Shown: piece after piece, positions 25,793-25,994 of the stretch | Numbering within the stretch: position 1 is the first letter of the stretch | How the letters are laid out: each line of letters opens with the position of its first letter | Source of the DNA: Candidatus Hydrogenedentota bacterium | GTDB lineage: Bacteria > Hydrogenedentota > Hydrogenedentia > Hydrogenedentales > SLHB01 | Direction: 5' to 3' | Assembly (NCBI GenBank): GCA_034408725.1 | Contig: JAWXCN010000213.1 | Coordinates: 1-25,994 of the forward strand | DNA: 25,994 nt | Program-made: the position numbers and the translations under genes | The notes under the pieces: generated by a model | Told to the model about the DNA's origin: nothing | Database searches by the model: none | What the model saw: only the letters and a program-made list of their open reading frames with translations

Positions 25793-25828
25793 ATTTGCCG
25801 CCTACGCACCCAACGCAGCCGAACCCAC

Positions 25829-25858
25829 ATCTTACTTCCCGCCAGACCTCATCGGCAA
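25829..25858 (-). promoter_or_regulatory. Putative promoter of the DUF1080 gene
   Basis: TTGCCG-N18-TAAGAT on the minus strand. Confidence 0.45.
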
Positions 25859-25912
25859 GAACTCGCAGGACAATCGCGCTTAATTGCGAAGCGACCTTGC
25901 CCATGTAAGGGA

Positions 25913-25994
25913 TAGCGGCAGCTACCCGCTGCCGCACTCCAAGGCGCTCCGCGCGGATTTTGGACGTCTATTGGCCGCGCGCTGCGCCTTGGAG
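25913..25994. repeat. REP-like palindrome plus the start of another copy truncated by the window edge
   Basis: TAGCGGCAGCTACCCGCTGCCGCACTCCAAGG, then CCTTGGAG at 25987-25994. Confidence 0.8.

Overview
Bacterial chromosomal window from a high-GC diderm. An LptD-like gene, T2SS genes, a DUF1080 protein and the repeat family suggest something like Hydrogenedentes or PVC, but this is inference only. In order it holds: a 5'-truncated lptD-like gene; the conserved yicC-gmk-rpoZ-coaBC operon, extended by a LicC-like nucleotidyltransferase and a single-barrel MetE-like enzyme; a Zn-dependent dehydrogenase between two toxin-antitoxin modules (DUF4258/DUF2283, and a RelE-type pair whose toxin is frameshifted); glyA with a structured leader; a divergent PilZ / membrane protein / GspG-like trio; a CBS-containing site-2 protease; a wzm-lipoprotein-wzt-radical SAM cluster; a partial T2SS pseudopilin operon (gspI/J/K/F-like); and a tandem DUF1080 protein. 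REP/REPIN-like palindromes occur in three intergenic regions. No rRNA, tRNA, CRISPR or transposase was seen. The best novelty candidates are the glycan exporter whose Wzt carries a tandemly duplicated ~210-aa domain I do not recognise (with an inserted lipoprotein and a downstream radical SAM enzyme), and two possible cis-regulatory RNAs (the glyA leader and the pseudopilin operon leader).
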